Shown piece after piece: positions 34,330-42,749 of a stretch of DNA of 44,803 nucleotides (its first letter is position 1; every line of letters starts with the position of its first letter). Under the pieces are notes generated by a model. That model did no database searches, was not told the origin of the DNA, and was given only the letters and a program-made list of their open reading frames with translations. The position numbers and the translations under genes are program-made. The DNA comes from Candidatus Nomurabacteria bacterium (GTDB lineage Bacteria > Patescibacteriota > Minisyncoccia > Phycocordibacterales > UBA918). The stretch covers positions 906,930 through 951,732 of the forward strand of contig CP060228.1 of assembly GCA_023898565.1 (NCBI GenBank), written 5' to 3'.

Positions 34330-35026
34330 ATTTATTCTGAAGAGTATATGCATCCTTAACTGCGAACTCACCCACTCTAGTGCGGTGGAGATTTTGGAGA
34401 GTGGCTGGGTAGCCAAGGCGGCGGCCGAGCTCTTCGGCGAGCGAGCGAATGTAGGTGCCCGAGCCGACCGCAAAACGAATAGTTGCCACTGCTCGGCCGC
34501 CGCCGACAGACACATCGACCAACCCTACCTCATCAACACGCATAGTGCGCACTGGCACTTCGGTTACCACTTCTCCCTTCCGCTCGGCCTTGCGTGCTCG
34601 TTTGTACATTGGTATACCGTCTACTTTTATCGCGCTGTACGCAGAAACAGGGAGTGTCAGTTCGCCGAGCATGTCGGTGAGGATGGCGGAGATTTTGCTT
34701 TGCAAAATCTCCGCCATCTCAACCACGTCCTTCACTTCCAACACCTCACCCTCCAAGTCTCCCGTACTGCGTCGCTCACCTAAGCGCACTTCGGCCACAT
34801 ACTCTTTCTCGAGCTTCGTAAGTGACGTTAATTGCTTGGTGCCCTTCCCAACCCCAATAATCATCAGTCCAGTGGCCAGTGGGTCGAGTGTCCCTGCATG
34901 TCCCATTTTGGGAGCTTTCACCCCCTCATGTTCAGCCGAATACCGCCGACGCAAACGACGAATCACGTCAAATGACGTGATTCCTTTAGGTTTATCTATG
35001 AGTAGTATTTCTTGCTCCCAATTCAT
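34328..35026 (-). CDS. truB: tRNA pseudouridine-55 synthase
   Basis: GITSFDV ... HAGTLDPLATG catalytic Asp motif. Confidence 0.9.
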   Translation of the reverse strand: MNWEQEILLIDKPKGITSFDVIRRLRRRYSAEHEGVKAPKMGHAGTLDPLATGLMIIGVGKGTKQLTSLTKLEKEYVAEVRLGERRSTGDLEGEVLEVKDVVEMAEILQSKISAILTDMLGELTLPVSAYSAIKVDGIPMYKRARKAERKGEVVTEVPVRTMRVDEVGLVDVSVGGGRAVATIRFAVGSGTYIRSLAEELGRRLGYPATLQNLHRTRVGEFAVKDAYTLQNK

Positions 35027-35977
35027 CTACACAAATGCTACTAGTTTAACTAAGAAGAAGACAAAGAAAATGAGCATGGCCACACCCTCCCATTTCTGTA
35101 CCTGTCTGGCCAAACCGTTGATAAAAAGAATTAGTGAGGCGGCCACAAAAATCCAAATACCAAGTTCCATAACAACCTCACCTGCTTCAAGCGGCATAAT
35201 AAGACCAGGAATACCGACCACCATCAAAATATTAAAGGCATTTGAGCCAAAGATATTTCCAATCGCAAGGTCAGTTTCTTTGGTCTTAAGTGCCTGCAGA
35301 GACACAAAAAGCTCAGGAAGTGACGTACCAATCGCAATCGCTCCGATTGAAACAAGACCAATTGGAATGGAGAGCCCGGTTGCGATATTTACCGCCATAT
35401 CTACGGTGTACTTTGCACCAACTAGTACTGCAGCTACACCACAAATAGTAAAGACAACTGAACGAAGCGTGATTTTCCCTCTGCCATTTTTAACGGCCAT
35501 TTCCTTTTTGGCTTCGTTGTCTGAAGAAAATAAGTACCAGATATAAGCACAAAATGTTGCAAATAAAAGTGCTGACTCTACGCGATCAATTACACCGTCG
35601 TACACACTAGCTACAAAGTGCACCGTCGCAATGAAAAAAATTGGCAATTCGGTCTTTAACAGATTCTTGTTAATCATGACAGGACCTCCAAGCGCCGCCA
35701 GCACACCAACAATCAAAAGGATGTTGGTGATATTAGAACCAACAGCGTTCGCTATCGCAATTTCTGAAGACCCAGCTAAAACCGCAGCAATAGAGGAAGC
35801 AAGTTCAGGCAGCGATGTGCCAATACCCACAATCAAGACTCCGATCGCGAACGAACTCATGCCGAGCGCGGCGCCGATCTGCTTGGCTCCTTCAATAAAA
35901 AGATCGGCGCCGCGAATCAACACAAAAAGTGCCACCAATAATATTCCACTCCACTGTGCCAGTTGTATTAAATCCAT
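35027..35977 (-). CDS. Ca2+/cation antiporter (CaCA, YrbG-like)
   Basis: Two alpha-repeats, [12 protein letters not shown] and [12 protein letters not shown], in a 10-TM-like protein. ATG 35977 chosen. The stop abuts the truB start. Confidence 0.82.
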   Translation of the reverse strand: MDLIQLAQWSGILLVALFVLIRGADLFIEGAKQIGAALGMSSFAIGVLIVGIGTSLPELASSIAAVLAGSSEIAIANAVGSNITNILLIVGVLAALGGPVMINKNLLKTELPIFFIATVHFVASVYDGVIDRVESALLFATFCAYIWYLFSSDNEAKKEMAVKNGRGKITLRSVVFTICGVAAVLVGAKYTVDMAVNIATGLSIPIGLVSIGAIAIGTSLPELFVSLQALKTKETDLAIGNIFGSNAFNILMVVGIPGLIMPLEAGEVVMELGIWIFVAASLILFINGLARQVQKWEGVAMLIFFVFFLVKLVAFV

Positions 35978-35993
35978 ATTGACTGAGTATACC

Positions 35994-37235
35994 TTATAAC
36001 ACCAAAAGCGCTGGGTTAACGACCAACACTGCCCCAAGCAAAAGCATGAGCAGCCCGCCAATCAAGAGTGATAATTGTGCGTACTTACCACCGTGTGATT
36101 GTAATTTTCCATAGCCCCAAATTGCGAGACCAAACACAATTAAATCATCAACCATGTAGCCAATAGTGTAGATAAAGATGTACCACTGACGCTCCATAAA
36201 GGTCAGCATATTAAGCTCAAGAATCTTGGTGTACGCCTGCGGAATACCGATTGAACACGCAAACTCAATAATATTCACTGAAAACGCAATCACAAGAATC
36301 GCCGCAATTGACGCAATGGTAACTGGCTGGTTTACAATCGCCTTGAACTTATCAATGGTGCGTGATTGTGACTCAATGTCCGTAATATCACAAACTAAAT
36401 CCGCTGACTTATTCTTATTCCAGCGATGCAAGAAGAAGATACCACCACCAAGTGCGAGCACGCCCACAAATGGCGTCACATACTGATCAAGCGCGATAAA
36501 GTCCCACGTCTTGTACCAAACATTGAGAATAAGGTTGTACATGATTGCCTCAGCCACGATGAAGATGCCCGCTAAGAAGATCATTTTCTGGCGACTGCCA
36601 GCTTGCGACAGAATAACCAGGAAAGTGATAAGCACCCACATCGCGCAAGGATTGAAGCCGTCAATCACCCCGAGAATAGCGGAGAGCGAGAAGAGCGAGA
36701 ACGACTTAAGATCAACCACTCCAAAAAACGGCAAATCAAAAATGTAACCCATTTGATCTGTGCCCAACTCACATTCAAGGTCTGTACAACCACCACCAAG
36801 GATCACTTCTTGCTGCGGCGCACGTTCTAAGTGAGCCTGAATGGAGTTGATGTCCGTTTTTTTTGCCGCTTCAACAGCCGCACGAATACTCGCGCCTGTA
36901 GTATCAGGACCATCAAATCCAGCAATTACCCGCTCACCAACTACGGTAATTGGAGTAATTTTCGCTGCCTCGTGTTTTTCAGCGACCTGATCATACCAAT
37001 CTCGTGCCTGTGAATCAGTCACAATGTTCAAGTATTCATACCGCAAATCATCCTGTGTTTCTATCCAGGCAAATAACTTCTTACAGAATCCGCAGTCATC
37101 GCGGCCAAAGATAAAGACGGTCGGATTTTCGGTCACCATCGGCGCTTCTTCTTGCGCTGATATTGGGCTAGTAAAAAGTCCGAAGAGGACCACGAGAGCA
37201 CCGAGGCTCGCCAGAATTTTTCTCATGAACAGCAT
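35994..37235 (-). CDS. Fusion of an exported glutaredoxin/thioredoxin-fold domain (CGFC) to a CcdA/DsbD-like membrane thiol-disulfide transporter domain
   Basis: Signal peptide, [13 protein letters not shown] redox motif, then a multi-TM region with GFNPCAMW and [10 protein letters not shown] Cys motifs. Confidence 0.55.
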   Translation of the reverse strand: MLFMRKILASLGALVVLFGLFTSPISAQEEAPMVTENPTVFIFGRDDCGFCKKLFAWIETQDDLRYEYLNIVTDSQARDWYDQVAEKHEAAKITPITVVGERVIAGFDGPDTTGASIRAAVEAAKKTDINSIQAHLERAPQQEVILGGGCTDLECELGTDQMGYIFDLPFFGVVDLKSFSLFSLSAILGVIDGFNPCAMWVLITFLVILSQAGSRQKMIFLAGIFIVAEAIMYNLILNVWYKTWDFIALDQYVTPFVGVLALGGGIFFLHRWNKNKSADLVCDITDIESQSRTIDKFKAIVNQPVTIASIAAILVIAFSVNIIEFACSIGIPQAYTKILELNMLTFMERQWYIFIYTIGYMVDDLIVFGLAIWGYGKLQSHGGKYAQLSLLIGGLLMLLLGAVLVVNPALLVL

Positions 37236-37243
37236 AGTAACAC

Positions 37244-37282
37244 GAAAGCAGGGCCGGCGCCGTAGGCGCCGGCCCTGCTTTC
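37244..37282 (-). terminator. 18-bp GC-rich hairpin between msrAB and the downstream redox-fusion gene
   Basis: GAAAGCAGGGCCGGCGCC-GTA-GGCGCCGGCCCTGCTTTC. Confidence 0.45.
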
Positions 37283-37286
37283 TTAA

Positions 37287-38618
37287 TTACTCAACATACT
37301 TGATAAAATCACCATACCCAGCCGCTTCCATCTCACCGAGTGGGATAAATTTGAGCGCCGCACCATTCATACAGTATCGCAGTCCAGTACTGTCTTTGGG
37401 ACCATCAGTAAAGACATGGCCGAGATGGTTATCTGCAATCGCTGAGCGAACTTCGGTACGGGTTGAAAATAGCTTTTTGTCCTCATGCTCAGTTACCGCC
37501 GCTTCAGAAATTGGCTTCGTAAATGACGGCCACCCGGTACCAGAATCATATTTATCTTTTGAAGAATACAGCGGTTCACCTGAAAGAATATCAACGTAAA
37601 TTCCTGGCTCGTAATTTTTATCAAGTGGACTGGTGCCGGCACGCTCAGTCCCTTCTTCTTGCGTCACTTTAAATGCCAGCTCACTCAGCTGTTCTTCAAG
37701 AACCTCTTTGGCTGGTTTTTTGTATGCATCCCACATATATGATTGGTTAGTGATGGTTGATTGGTTGCGCCACGGCAAATCCGAACGATGATCATTAATT
37801 CCCCAGTACTTAATAATAAAATCATCTCGACCTGAAGCATTGCGGTAATACTGATACTTTAGATGAGACAGTGTGCCCTTATAATAATCTTGGTGGTATT
37901 CCTCTGCTGGCCAGAATGTTTGTCGCTTCTCCACATCAATCGCAAGCGGCTTGTCATACGGACCATGCTCGTTCACTTCAGCAATCAAGTTATCAATAAT
38001 TTCTTTCTGCTCAGCAGTTTCGTAGTAAAAGGCTGAAGAATACTTATCTCCTCGATCATGAAAAGTCCCGTCATCATCGGTCGGGTCCGTAGTTTTCATG
38101 GTCACGATTAAAATATCTTCAAACGACACTACATTAGCATCGTATGAAACCTCTACTACTTCTCGGTGACCACCTGCACCGTAATTTTTGTACGTAGGAT
38201 TTTCAGTGGTGCCACCAGAATACCCAGACACGACACTAATAACTCCTGACACCTTCTCTAGATCAGACTCAACGCACCAAAAACAGCCGCCGGCCACAAC
38301 CATTGTCTGCACATTTGGAGTGGCTGGCGGCAACGGAGAATCTTCCACCACCGGCTTTGACGTAGCGGCAATACTTGTTACTTCTGGCAACGTCTTTACC
38401 TCCTCGTCTGGCGAAGCGGGAGAGTCTTCCTCCTCTACTACCACTGTCTCATTAGCTGTCTCAAACGCCTCAGACATGGTGTCGTTAACTGCAACTTCTT
38501 CACTACCGGGCGTTACTACCTCCTCTATCGACACCGGAGCAGGGACAGGCTCTGGCGTATTTTGACCAAAGCCAAAAAGTGCTGCGATTGAAATAAAGAG
38601 ACTACTCAAAAAATCCAT
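37287..38618 (-). CDS. msrAB: Secreted bifunctional methionine sulfoxide reductase MsrA-MsrB
   Basis: N-terminal signal sequence, about 90-aa acidic/Pro-rich linker, MsrA GGCFWCVE, and Msr[10 protein letters not shown] with GTGWPSF. Confidence 0.88.
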   Translation of the reverse strand: MDFLSSLFISIAALFGFGQNTPEPVPAPVSIEEVVTPGSEEVAVNDTMSEAFETANETVVVEEEDSPASPDEEVKTLPEVTSIAATSKPVVEDSPLPPATPNVQTMVVAGGCFWCVESDLEKVSGVISVVSGYSGGTTENPTYKNYGAGGHREVVEVSYDANVVSFEDILIVTMKTTDPTDDDGTFHDRGDKYSSAFYYETAEQKEIIDNLIAEVNEHGPYDKPLAIDVEKRQTFWPAEEYHQDYYKGTLSHLKYQYYRNASGRDDFIIKYWGINDHRSDLPWRNQSTITNQSYMWDAYKKPAKEVLEEQLSELAFKVTQEEGTERAGTSPLDKNYEPGIYVDILSGEPLYSSKDKYDSGTGWPSFTKPISEAAVTEHEDKKLFSTRTEVRSAIADNHLGHVFTDGPKDSTGLRYCMNGAALKFIPLGEMEAAGYGDFIKYVE

Positions 38619-38624
38619 ACTGTG

Positions 38625-38630
38625 TAGTAT
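38625..38630 (+). promoter_or_regulatory. -10 box TAGTAT, 6 nt upstream of the glycosylase ATG, inside an 18-bp divergent intergenic region
   Basis: TAGTAT at 38625-38630 with ATG at 38637. The opposite-strand TAATAC (38627-38632) lies 8 nt from the msrAB ATG. Confidence 0.4.
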
Positions 38631-38636
38631 TACGTA

Positions 38637-39272
38637 ATGATTAACTCATCAATTGATACTGCTGCGGCGCTCAAATATTTCAAACAAGCTGACGGAGTCA
38701 TGCATCAGCTACTTACGAACGCCTTCAAATCAAACCGCTCGCTTAGAATTCCCACTCCAAAAAAACCAGATGAGCACTTCACCAGCCTCATGAATGCCAT
38801 TATCGGACAGCAGATTAGCACCAAAGCAGCTGCTTCGGTGCGGAAAAACGTCACTAATTTTCTTGGTAGACTTACTCCTGAAAATGTACAGAATGCAGAC
38901 TTTGACGAGCTAAAGGCCTGCGGACTTTCAAACCAAAAGACCAAGTACCTAAAACACAACGCTGAGGTTTGGCACGAAATTCCCTACGGGAATTTCGTGC
39001 ATCTTGAAAACGAAGCAATCATCACCGAACTGATCAAACTCTACGGCATTGGTCGCTGGACGGCCGAGATGTTTCTCATCTTTTCACTCGCCCGAGCAGA
39101 TGTCTTTTCCTATGGCGACCTCGGACTTATGAAGAGCCTGCTCCAGCAGTACAACTACAAACCACACTATGTCCGCAAGATTCGCACGACTGTGGAGCGC
39201 TGGTCGCCACATCAGACACTGGCGTCACTGGCGCTATGGCATGCGCTTGATAACGAGCCTGCACCGCAGTAA
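38637..39272 (+). CDS. DNA-3-methyladenine glycosylase II family (HhH-GPD, AlkA-like)
   Basis: IIGQQIS, HhH ([14 protein letters not shown]), [13 protein letters not shown], and catalytic Asp region YGDLGL. Confidence 0.8.
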   Translation: MINSSIDTAAALKYFKQADGVMHQLLTNAFKSNRSLRIPTPKKPDEHFTSLMNAIIGQQISTKAAASVRKNVTNFLGRLTPENVQNADFDELKACGLSNQKTKYLKHNAEVWHEIPYGNFVHLENEAIITELIKLYGIGRWTAEMFLIFSLARADVFSYGDLGLMKSLLQQYNYKPHYVRKIRTTVERWSPHQTLASLALWHALDNEPAPQ

Positions 39273-39738
39273 GCACAGCCACAGAATGTCCAAGCGTGTC
39301 GATAGCGCGTAGCTCCGCAACGCGCGCTTGATAGTCAGGAATCTGCTCCCCCACCAAATCCCAAAACGCCTGCCCATGATTAAGCTCTTTTAGGTGACAC
39401 AACTCATGCACAATGATGTAGTCCTGGAGATGTGGCGGCAGGAGGAGAATTTTGTAATTAAAATTGAGATTTTTGAGCGAAGTACACGTCCCCCAGCAGC
39501 GGCGCTGATTGCGAATCGCGACACGATTCCACTTGAGATTGTAATGTGTATTAAAATGCGCCAGGCGCGCGAGCACCAGCTCGCGCGCTGCTTCTTTATT
39601 TTCTACGTAGTGTTTTGTCACACTACTGGCGCGGCGGCGCGACCTAATTTTTAGGGAGACTTTAGTCGACCATAAAAATGGAAGTGCTCTTGTAGTGCGC
39701 CGCCGCGCCCCCTTACGCTTTCTCCCCCAACCAAACAT
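39127..39738 (-). CDS. YgjP/DUF45-like zinc metalloprotein (HExxH)
   Basis: WGTCTS ... IIVHELCHLKELNHGQAFW pattern. The C-terminal tail overlaps the glycosylase gene. Confidence 0.72.
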   Translation of the reverse strand: MFGWGRKRKGARRRTTRALPFLWSTKVSLKIRSRRRASSVTKHYVENKEAARELVLARLAHFNTHYNLKWNRVAIRNQRRCWGTCTSLKNLNFNYKILLLPPHLQDYIIVHELCHLKELNHGQAFWDLVGEQIPDYQARVAELRAIDTLGHSVAVLTAVQARYQAHAIAPVTPVSDVATSAPQSCESCGHSVVCSCTAGAGSS

Positions 39739-39745
39739 ACAGCAT

Positions 39746-39754
39746 ATAATAGCA
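39746..39754 (-). promoter_or_regulatory. Extended -10 box TGcTATTAT, 7 nt upstream of the YgjP-like ATG
   Basis: The reverse complement of 39746-39754 is TGCTATTAT; ATG at 39738. Confidence 0.45.
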
Positions 39755-39788
39755 AACCCCTCAGAAAGAGGGGTGCCTGAGAAAGTTG

Positions 39789-39989
39789 CTACTCCTGAAT
39801 CCTATCAAGAGCATACAACAAACCAATAATGAACGATACAAAACTTACCACTCCAGCAAGGAGCGTTACGCCAAACGGGAAACTTGAGTGGTGTGCAATG
39901 AGGGTGATTCCAAATGAAATAACTGACATCACCATGAAGTACATAACACCAATCGAAAAAACACTGTTATTACTTACGCCACTAATCAT
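39789..39989 (-). CDS. Hypothetical small two-TM membrane protein
   Basis: 66-aa hydrophobic ORF followed by hairpin ACCCCTC-AGAAA-GAGGGGT (39756-39774). Confidence 0.35.
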   Translation of the reverse strand: MISGVSNNSVFSIGVMYFMVMSVISFGITLIAHHSSFPFGVTLLAGVVSFVSFIIGLLYALDRIQE

Positions 39990-40054
39990 GACTCTAGCTC
40001 CAAGAAAAACCTATACTAAACATAGGATATACAACAGTTTTGTCAACGGACAAA

Positions 40055-40450
40055 CTACCAATTCAAGTATGTGATCGAAAACTGCAAGACTGTTGCAAAA
40101 CTCACCCACAGCAAATACGGAACTTGTAGATACGCAATCGTTTTTGAGTACCGCCAGACTGCACACATTGCCCATACGATAGTCCCCCATACCAGCACAA
40201 TATCAAGCGCTGCCAACCAGAGATTTTGGAGACCAAACTGAATCGGGGTAAATACAAGATTAAAAACGAGATTGAGCGCAAAAGGTAGTGCAACATACTT
40301 TGGCCACGCACCGCGCCACACCTGCCAAAAGACGTACCCAAAGCTCCCCACAATCAGCAAATAAAGCACACCCCACACCGGACCAAACACCTCAGCCGGC
40401 GGCGCCCAGCTCGGCTGCAGCCAAGTAGTATAAATTTCTTGTTCGTTCAT
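40055..40450 (-). CDS. tspO: TspO/MBR-family tryptophan-rich protein, short form
   Basis: WLQPSWAPPAEVFGPVWGVLY and later Trp-rich TM segments. There is an in-frame stop 4 codons upstream of the ATG. Confidence 0.72.
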   Translation of the reverse strand: MNEQEIYTTWLQPSWAPPAEVFGPVWGVLYLLIVGSFGYVFWQVWRGAWPKYVALPFALNLVFNLVFTPIQFGLQNLWLAALDIVLVWGTIVWAMCAVWRYSKTIAYLQVPYLLWVSFATVLQFSITYLNW

Positions 40451-40459
40451 ATATATAAA

Positions 40460-42166
40460 CTACCACACCGACTCACCACCTACCCCTTCAAGCAAATACT
40501 GCATCCGTGCCAAACGCACCCAGACATAGTCATACTTCTCTCCTGCTGCTTCATAAATTGGCTTGAGTTTTTCGGTGCCGTGATGGTCCATGGCGGTAAA
40601 CAAAATCTCACGCGCTTCGCGCCAGTCGATATCTTTTGGCTCGAGGTGTGCGATGTTTTCTGAGGTAAGCTCCTTATCTTCGACGAGACGCTCTACATGC
40701 GTCCAGACAGTTGTCTCGGTAAGGTCGCGCGCGACTGAAATGTCGTGAATCCCCTTTCCTTCAAGTAGCATATCTTTAGTGACTGCATACGTACTCTCGG
40801 CCTTCACGCGCGCTGCACCACTACGCACCACACCCACCTCATCATCGGCCGGTACTTTGCCGCCGTGCGCTACCACAAAGCGCTCATGCATTTCGAGCAC
40901 TTCACTATCATCCATTTCGATAAAGGCGTCTTCGGCCATTTCCGATTCCTGATGGAATTTTTTATCATAGTCCACCACCTTTGGATCTACCTGAAGCGCA
41001 TTTGGATGCATCCCCAAAACCTTGAGCCCATCTAGTGAACGCACACGCGAAAGCGCCACATACCCCTGTCCATACACAAAGGCTCGCGAGAGATCAATCT
41101 CCGCCGCATCAAGCGACATCCCCTGGCTTTTATGTACGGTAATCGCCCACGCCAAGCGCAGCGGCAGCTGCTCAATCGCCGCCAAGACTTTCTGGTCTTC
41201 CATCATTTCCCAACTAGCTGGCTTAATGAGAATTTCTCGTCCGTCTGGCGTCTCAATCACTGGAAAGCCTTCATCAAAGCGAATCACGCGCGCCAGTGTA
41301 CCGTTTACATATCCCGCTTCAAAATTATTCTTGGTACACATCACCATTGCATCTTCCTTGAGAATGAGCTGCTCAGGTGAGAGGCAGTTTTTGGCGAGCG
41401 CTTCCACGAGCTGCTTATTACCTGTCCCCTTCATGGTGTAGCGCTTGGCGCCACCCGGAAGCTTCACCAGCTCACCAGCATTGACCGAATCCACATCGGC
41501 ATTGTGCGTATAGAGGCGCGTCGGCTCGATATTCTCGTAGGCAATTTCAGTTTGCTCCTGTAGTAAGGTGTAGTGTTCCTCTTCAATTTCATTACGACGA
41601 ATTGAACCAAGTAGCCCCAAAAGCATCTCGTCTTCCTGACGATGCTGTTCGGTGAGATAGCAAATGAGTGGCTTCATATTGAGCCACGCCTTGCTCTCAA
41701 AGGCATACACCATAATGTCGCCTTGCCGTGTCACCGGCGGCAATTGAAAAAAGTCACCAATACACACCACCTGCAGCCCGCCAAACGGCTCACTAGACTG
41801 CCGCACCGTGCGAGCAATCTGATCTACCATATCAAGCCCGCGACCATCGAGCATGGAGATTTCATCAATCACCAATACATGCGCTTTTTTAATTCGCTTC
41901 ACCACGCGTTCGCGTCCAGCGATTTGGTCGAGGTCGTACGGAGTCAGTTCATTCTTCACCCCGAAGCCGCTCCAGGAGTGGATAGTCATGCCGCCAATGT
42001 GCGTGGCTGCGATACCAGTCGAAGCCGTCACCGCTACACTAAGCCCAGCCGCCTCCAGCCAGGCAATGTACTGATTGATTACATACGTCTTGCCCGCCCC
42101 GGGTTCACCAGTGAGAAAAGCATTTGCTCCCGTCTTCAGAATATCCAGCGCGCGGTCTTGTGTCAT
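40460..42166 (-). CDS. Pif1/RecD-like SF1B DNA helicase
   Basis: Walker A GEPGAGKT, VLVIDEISM, GDFFQLPPV, TVHKSQG and C-terminal extension. Confidence 0.82.
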   Translation of the reverse strand: MTQDRALDILKTGANAFLTGEPGAGKTYVINQYIAWLEAAGLSVAVTASTGIAATHIGGMTIHSWSGFGVKNELTPYDLDQIAGRERVVKRIKKAHVLVIDEISMLDGRGLDMVDQIARTVRQSSEPFGGLQVVCIGDFFQLPPVTRQGDIMVYAFESKAWLNMKPLICYLTEQHRQEDEMLLGLLGSIRRNEIEEEHYTLLQEQTEIAYENIEPTRLYTHNADVDSVNAGELVKLPGGAKRYTMKGTGNKQLVEALAKNCLSPEQLILKEDAMVMCTKNNFEAGYVNGTLARVIRFDEGFPVIETPDGREILIKPASWEMMEDQKVLAAIEQLPLRLAWAITVHKSQGMSLDAAEIDLSRAFVYGQGYVALSRVRSLDGLKVLGMHPNALQVDPKVVDYDKKFHQESEMAEDAFIEMDDSEVLEMHERFVVAHGGKVPADDEVGVVRSGAARVKAESTYAVTKDMLLEGKGIHDISVARDLTETTVWTHVERLVEDKELTSENIAHLEPKDIDWREAREILFTAMDHHGTEKLKPIYEAAGEKYDYVWVRLARMQYLLEGVGGESVW

Positions 42167-42173
42167 AGGCGTA

Positions 42174-42182
42174 AGGATACCA
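42174..42182 (-). promoter_or_regulatory. Extended -10 box TGgTATCCT, 7 nt upstream of the helicase ATG
   Basis: The reverse complement of 42174-42182 is TGGTATCCT; ATG at 42166. Confidence 0.4.
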
Positions 42183-42196
42183 TAGGTAAATTTACG

Positions 42197-42225
42197 TTGA
42201 CAAAACCTCTTTTAGCAGCAAGAAT
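42197..42225 (+). promoter_or_regulatory. Sigma70-like promoter TTGACA-17-AAGAAT for the 127-aa gene
   Basis: -35 at 42197-42202 and -10 at 42220-42225. Followed by AAGGAG (42254-42259) and ATG 42266. Confidence 0.45.
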
Positions 42226-42265
42226 ACGGACTGACTTTGTTCCATCCACTTTCAAGGAGAAAACC

Positions 42266-42649
42266 ATGGCTCAAGACGGCGCCATGCCGGCAGTACTTAC
42301 CATTCCGTTCTCGATGCAACCTGCGGAAGGAACCTACAAGATTATTGCGCAGCTTTCGGAGGTCTTGACCGACGAAGTCAAACAGCTCATTGCCGAGTAT
42401 TACCAACTTCTGCAAGACGCTGATAAACACCTCGAGGCATTCAAGAGGACGGAAGCGGCAGATGACTGCAATCAATACATGGATCTCGTAAACTATAAGA
42501 TGCGCATGCTCCACGAGCGCATCATGGACATCGTGCGCCTTAAAACCAACCACAAAAAGCCTTTCTTCTTGATTAACCCAGCGGCCGTTGCAGTCATGCT
42601 AAGCGACGCTGAAGAAAAAATGGTGCACGAAGACACCGCCTCATACTGA
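42266..42649 (+). CDS. Hypothetical helical protein (127 aa)
   Basis: This is the part of ORF 41642-42649 that lies outside the helicase gene. Strong SD AAGGAG lies 6 nt before the ATG. Confidence 0.55.
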   Translation: MAQDGAMPAVLTIPFSMQPAEGTYKIIAQLSEVLTDEVKQLIAEYYQLLQDADKHLEAFKRTEAADDCNQYMDLVNYKMRMLHERIMDIVRLKTNHKKPFFLINPAAVAVMLSDAEEKMVHEDTASY

Positions 42650-42667
42650 CGAGCCATCGTCACCAAC

Positions 42668-42694
42668 ACCGCCTCACTCGAGGCGGTTGTTTTC
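42668..42694 (+). terminator. Rho-independent terminator
   Basis: ACCGCCTC-ACTC-GAGGCGGT followed by TGTTTTC. Confidence 0.6.
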
Positions 42695-42749
42695 TTATAT
42701 ATGTGAAAAACAAACTGAACGAAACAATATACACGGTATACTAGTAGTA

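Noticed and set aside
34455-35546. 363-aa plus-strand ORF
   Set aside because: It is entirely antisense to truB and the CaCA antiporter, both of which have clear family motifs. The translated product is low-complexity S/T/P/I-rich with no motif. It is a typical shadow ORF.
41642-42265. Upstream two-thirds of the 335-aa plus-strand ORF
   Set aside because: It is antisense to the Pif1-like helicase. Only the part from ATG 42266, which has its own promoter and AAGGAG, is kept as a gene.
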